Shown: in pieces, positions 60,614 to 64,000 of the stretch
Layout of the letters: every line of letters starts with the position of its first letter
Position numbering within the stretch: position 1 is the stretch's first letter
Assembly: GCA_028286645.1 (NCBI GenBank)
Contig: JAQBRF010000002.1
Location: 186,518 to 250,517, forward strand
Length of the DNA stretch: 64,000 nt
Reading direction: 5' to 3'
Source: Candidatus Nomurabacteria bacterium
Lineage (GTDB): Bacteria; Patescibacteriota; Minisyncoccia; Phycocordibacterales; UBA5272
Made by a program: the position numbers and the translations under genes
Notes under the pieces: model-generated
The model's input: the letters and a program-made list of their open reading frames with translations, nothing else
Database searches by the model: none
Told to the model about the DNA's origin: nothing

Positions 60614-61297
60614 ATGTATAACAATTCACTAAATATTTTGGGACAAGCCTTAGTCGACACAGGGCTCACATTAATAGCGTTCCTTCCAAGCGTTGTTATC
60701 GCAATAATAATATTTGCACTAGGATGGCTCGCTGGAACTATTCTCGGTCGCGCCGTTTATCATCTTATTACTGTATTACGCATAGACACAGCTCTTCATA
60801 AGGCGGGCTTTGATAAGCTAAGTCAAAGAGCTGGTATGCGAGTATCTCTTGCAGGATTTCTTGCTAGCCTAATTAAGTGGTTGATAATAGTGGCGTTCAC
60901 TATTGCTTCTGCAGAAATTCTAGGCCTTACACAAGTAACACAGCTTCTAAGAGATATTCTAGTATTTATTCCGCAAGTAATTATCGCAGCTATAGTCTTG
61001 GTTATCGCAGCTCTTGTCGGAGATTTCGTTGCAAGATTGGTTGATCACTCAACGCGGGCCACAGGATTAAAAGGTCACTTTGCGGCACAAGTTGCTAAGT
61101 GGGCAATTATAATTATCGGAGGTATTTTCCCGGCACTTGCTCAATTGAAGATTGCACCAGGACTAGTTGAGGTGCTTTTCACAGGAATCGTATTCGCAGT
61201 TTCACTTGCTCTTGGTCTGTCGTTTGGACTTGGAGGGCGCGAGGCTGCTGCAAGAACAATAGAAAAGATGAAGTTTGAAGGGCCTACAGGTCTATAA
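60614..61297 (+). CDS. Conserved TM-helix repeat protein (MscS-associated/CmpX-like)
   Basis: F.P....AII...GW repeated twice; ALGLSFGLGGREAA. Confidence 0.85.
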   Translation: MYNNSLNILGQALVDTGLTLIAFLPSVVIAIIIFALGWLAGTILGRAVYHLITVLRIDTALHKAGFDKLSQRAGMRVSLAGFLASLIKWLIIVAFTIASAEILGLTQVTQLLRDILVFIPQVIIAAIVLVIAALVGDFVARLVDHSTRATGLKGHFAAQVAKWAIIIIGGIFPALAQLKIAPGLVEVLFTGIVFAVSLALGLSFGLGGREAAARTIEKMKFEGPTGL

Positions 61298-61384
61298 GAT
61301 TAGTATTAACAGAATGCAAACAAAAAGCCGAAAGGCTTTTTGTTTATGTGATAGGATTTATAATAAGCTAAAAGGAGGGTAGAC

Positions 61385-61579
61385 ATGATCTTTCGAAAAG
61401 ATGACAAGGTTTACATTTTGCTCTGTCCCCAAACTCGCGAGGACTGTCTGAGCGGTCAAGGGCTTGGAGAAAACAGCGCTTATTGCGCTCGTTGCTTCAA
61501 GTATCATCTCCTCGGCGAATGCGAAAAACAGCCTATAACGGAGGCCGAGGCCCAAGATTTCGAGGCCCGCCTGGGCTGA
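61385..61579 (+). CDS. Small Cys-containing hypothetical protein
   Basis: Strong SD AGGAGG, CP...C...CARC...H..C and a terminator near 61607-61629. Confidence 0.55.
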   Translation: MIFRKDDKVYILLCPQTREDCLSGQGLGENSAYCARCFKYHLLGECEKQPITEAEAQDFEARLG

Positions 61580-61656
61580 AATACGAGGTTTGCGCTGCGT
61601 GGTATTAGCCCCAGATTTATGGGGCTTTTGTTTTTGTTCATTTTCTCTAATAACTC

Positions 61657-61823
61657 TTGACTTCTATAGACCGTTTTGTTAAGATACTCCTACTGCTTAA
61701 TGTTAAAAACACAAGAAAAAACTGACTAACTAAACGGAGGAAAGTGACATCTTGTCCCTTGCCGCCGAAAGGCGTTTTTATTTTCTTAAATATTAAGCAG
61801 ATGTCGAACTTTGACAATAGAAT
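61657..61823 (+). promoter_or_regulatory. rRNA promoter and boxA-like antitermination motif
   Basis: TTGACT-17-TAAGAT (61657-61685); GAACTTTGACAATAGAAT (61806-61823). Confidence 0.7.
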
Positions 61824-62009
61824 CCCATGCACGACACGCGTTAACTAACTGTTATTCCAGTAGTAGAATTTTATCACTGGGGTCTAGCGGAGTTCGTGAC
61901 ATGGAAAACATGAAATAGACAATTAAATTACATATGCGATCTTTGTCGTATATGTGATTAGCACATTAAGAGAAGGAGCGGTCCTAATCTTAGTGGTAGT
62001 TATGTTTCC

Positions 62010-64000
62010 TAATAGGAACATAAGAGCATACGGTGAATGCCTAGGCTCTAAAGAGCGAAGAAAGACGTGATCAGGCTGCGATATGTTTCGGGGAGGTGCC
62101 TTATAACCTACGATCCGGAAATTTCTGAATGGGGAAACCCTCTTGGAGTAATGTCCAAGAGTCTAATGGAGCATTCCATAGACGCGCACCCAGGGAAGTG
62201 AAACATCTCAGTACCTGGAGGAAAAGAAAATAAAAATTATTCTGCAAGTAGCGGCGAGCGAAAACAGAGAAGCCCAAACCAAAAGTAGTAATACTTTTTG
62301 GGGTAGTAAGACAAAAACGTAGATTTCTAGAAGAGTTACAAAAGATAAGTATAGATAAAGTTGTTGGAAAGCAACGCCATAGAAAGTGAAAGCCTTGTTA
62401 TCGAAATATTTATCTCTCTTTTGTTTTTGATCTTGAGTAGTTCGAGACACGAATAGCTCGGATGAATCAGCCGGAACTAACCGGCAAGGCTAAATATCTT
62501 TAGAGACCGATAGTGAACTAGTACCGCAAGGGAAAGGTGAAAAGAACCCCGGGAGGGGAGTGAAATAGAACTGAAACCGTATGTTTACAAAGAGTAGAAG
62601 AGGTATTTATACCTCGACTGCGTGCCTATTGAAGAATGAGCCAACGAGTTGTAGGTTACTGCAGGCTAAGGGGCATAAAGTCCTGGAGCCATAGCGAAAG
62701 CAAGTATGATAAGTGCGACCAAATTGTAGTAGCTTACAGACCCGAAGCCGGATGAGCTTACCATGAGCAGGGTGAAGTATACCGAAAGGTATATGGAGGC
62801 CCGAACCAGTAGACAGTACAACTTCTTTGGATGACTTGTGGTAAGGAGTGAAAAGCTAATCGAATTCGGTAATAGCTGGTTCTCTCCGAAATAGTTTTTG
62901 GACTAGCGTCGCGTGTTCCCTCTGGGGGTAGAGCACTGGAAGGTTTTTACTAGTAGCAATACGGAAAAACCTATCAAACTCCGAATACCAGAGGTTAAAA
63001 ATGCGGCAGTAAGACCACGGGGGCGAAGCTCCGTCGGTCAAAAGGGAAACAGCCCAGATCTCAAGTTAAGGTCCCTAAGTATATATTAAGTGTAAGCGAG
63101 GAGGTGGAGTTTCATTGACAATGAGGATGTTGGCTTAGAAGCAGCCATCATTGAAAGAAAGCGTAATAGCTCACCCATCGAGAGACTCTGCGCCATAAAT
63201 GATCGGGACTCAAATATATCACCGAAACTGAGGGCTTGATAACTTTTCGAAGTTTTCAAGCGGTAGGAGAGTGTTCCACTCTGCGTTGAAGCGGAAGGGG
63301 TAACCCACCGTGGAGCGTGTGGAAGTACGAATGTTGGCACAAGTAACCGCAATGGGGGTGAGATCCCCCCACGCCGAAAGAATAAGGTTTCCTTTGCAAT
63401 GATTGTCAGCGAAGGGTTAGTCGGGCCTAAGGAGATGGCAAACGCCGGATCCGATGGACATAAGGTTAATATTCCTTAACTCGGTACTAATGTGATGGGA
63501 TGACGGAGGGTAGTATATAAGGCGTCTTATTGGATTGACGTTTATTATGTAAGAACGAGAGGCAGGGAAATCCACCTCTCTGACTTTAATGTCAAGTTCA
63601 AGCATCGTATGAAGGCGCGGGGCAACCCAAACCAACTTTATAAAGCACGCTTCCGAGAAAAGTCTCTACATTCTGTGAATACAGAACGTCTATATGTGTC
63701 TTGGTTTATTCTAAGATACATATAGATGCTTAAGTTAGTATTGATCCGTACCGCAAACCGACACAGGTATTCAGGTCGAGTAGACCAAGGCGAACGAGTG
63801 ATATCTCCCAAAGGAACTAGGCAAAAAAGCGATCGTAAGTTAGCGATAAGATCTGCCCCCATCACTTTGTTTTTAAACAAAGTGCGGGTCCTAGAGAATT
63901 GGATAGAGACAACCGTAACTATGCTAGAGCTAGCATGGTTACAAAAAATGTTTGTGTTTATTAGTGAGTGATCGTGTATTTCATTGAGAATTTTTGTTCT
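62010..64000 (+). rRNA. rrl: 23S ribosomal RNA (5' portion, continues past window; contains insertions)
   Basis: Conserved blocks GGTGAATGCCTAGG, GAAGTGAAACATCTCAGTACC, GGGAAAGGTGAAAAGAACCCC, GATGTTGGCTTAGAAGCAGCCATC, CGTACCGCAAACCGACACAGG and AAGGAACTAGGCAAAA. Confidence 0.98.

Noticed and set aside
62208-63971. Short ORFs in the track within 62-64 kb
   Set aside because: They overlap conserved 23S rRNA sequence and are spurious.
1-64000. Alternative genetic code (TGA=Gly, code 25)
   Set aside because: All conserved genes are full length under code 11 with no in-frame TGA.

Overview
The window is from an AT-rich bacterial chromosome (genetic code 11), most likely Patescibacteria/CPR (Parcubacteria-like). 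Support for this: rpmD/L30 is absent, ribosomal proteins carry Lys-rich extensions, comEC is split, there are TrmB paralogues and peptidoglycan-binding surface proteins, and core genes lack Shine-Dalgarno (SD) sequences. It carries recJ, rnhA, comEC, the str/S10/spc ribosomal cluster broken up by accessory inserts, secY-adk-map, a VirB4/VirD4-like ATPase, efp, recA, ftsK, an S-layer-like gene, rplJL and the 5' part of an unlinked 23S rRNA with insertions. Five signals stand out. (1) About 20 intergenic arrays with 7-bp periodicity, TAG-form after stop codons and CTA-form before start codons of translation genes. (2) A four-helix-bundle/winged-HTH fusion gene embedded in an array of GACA motifs. 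(3) Self-contained promoter-SD-ORF-terminator cassettes, two of them very GC-rich (one a bactofilin), in a genome whose core genes look leaderless or SD-less. (4) An rRNA-type boxA and tandem promoters ahead of the S-layer-like gene. (5) No rpmC (L29) in the S10 operon. All calls come from reading the sequence by eye; no searches were run.
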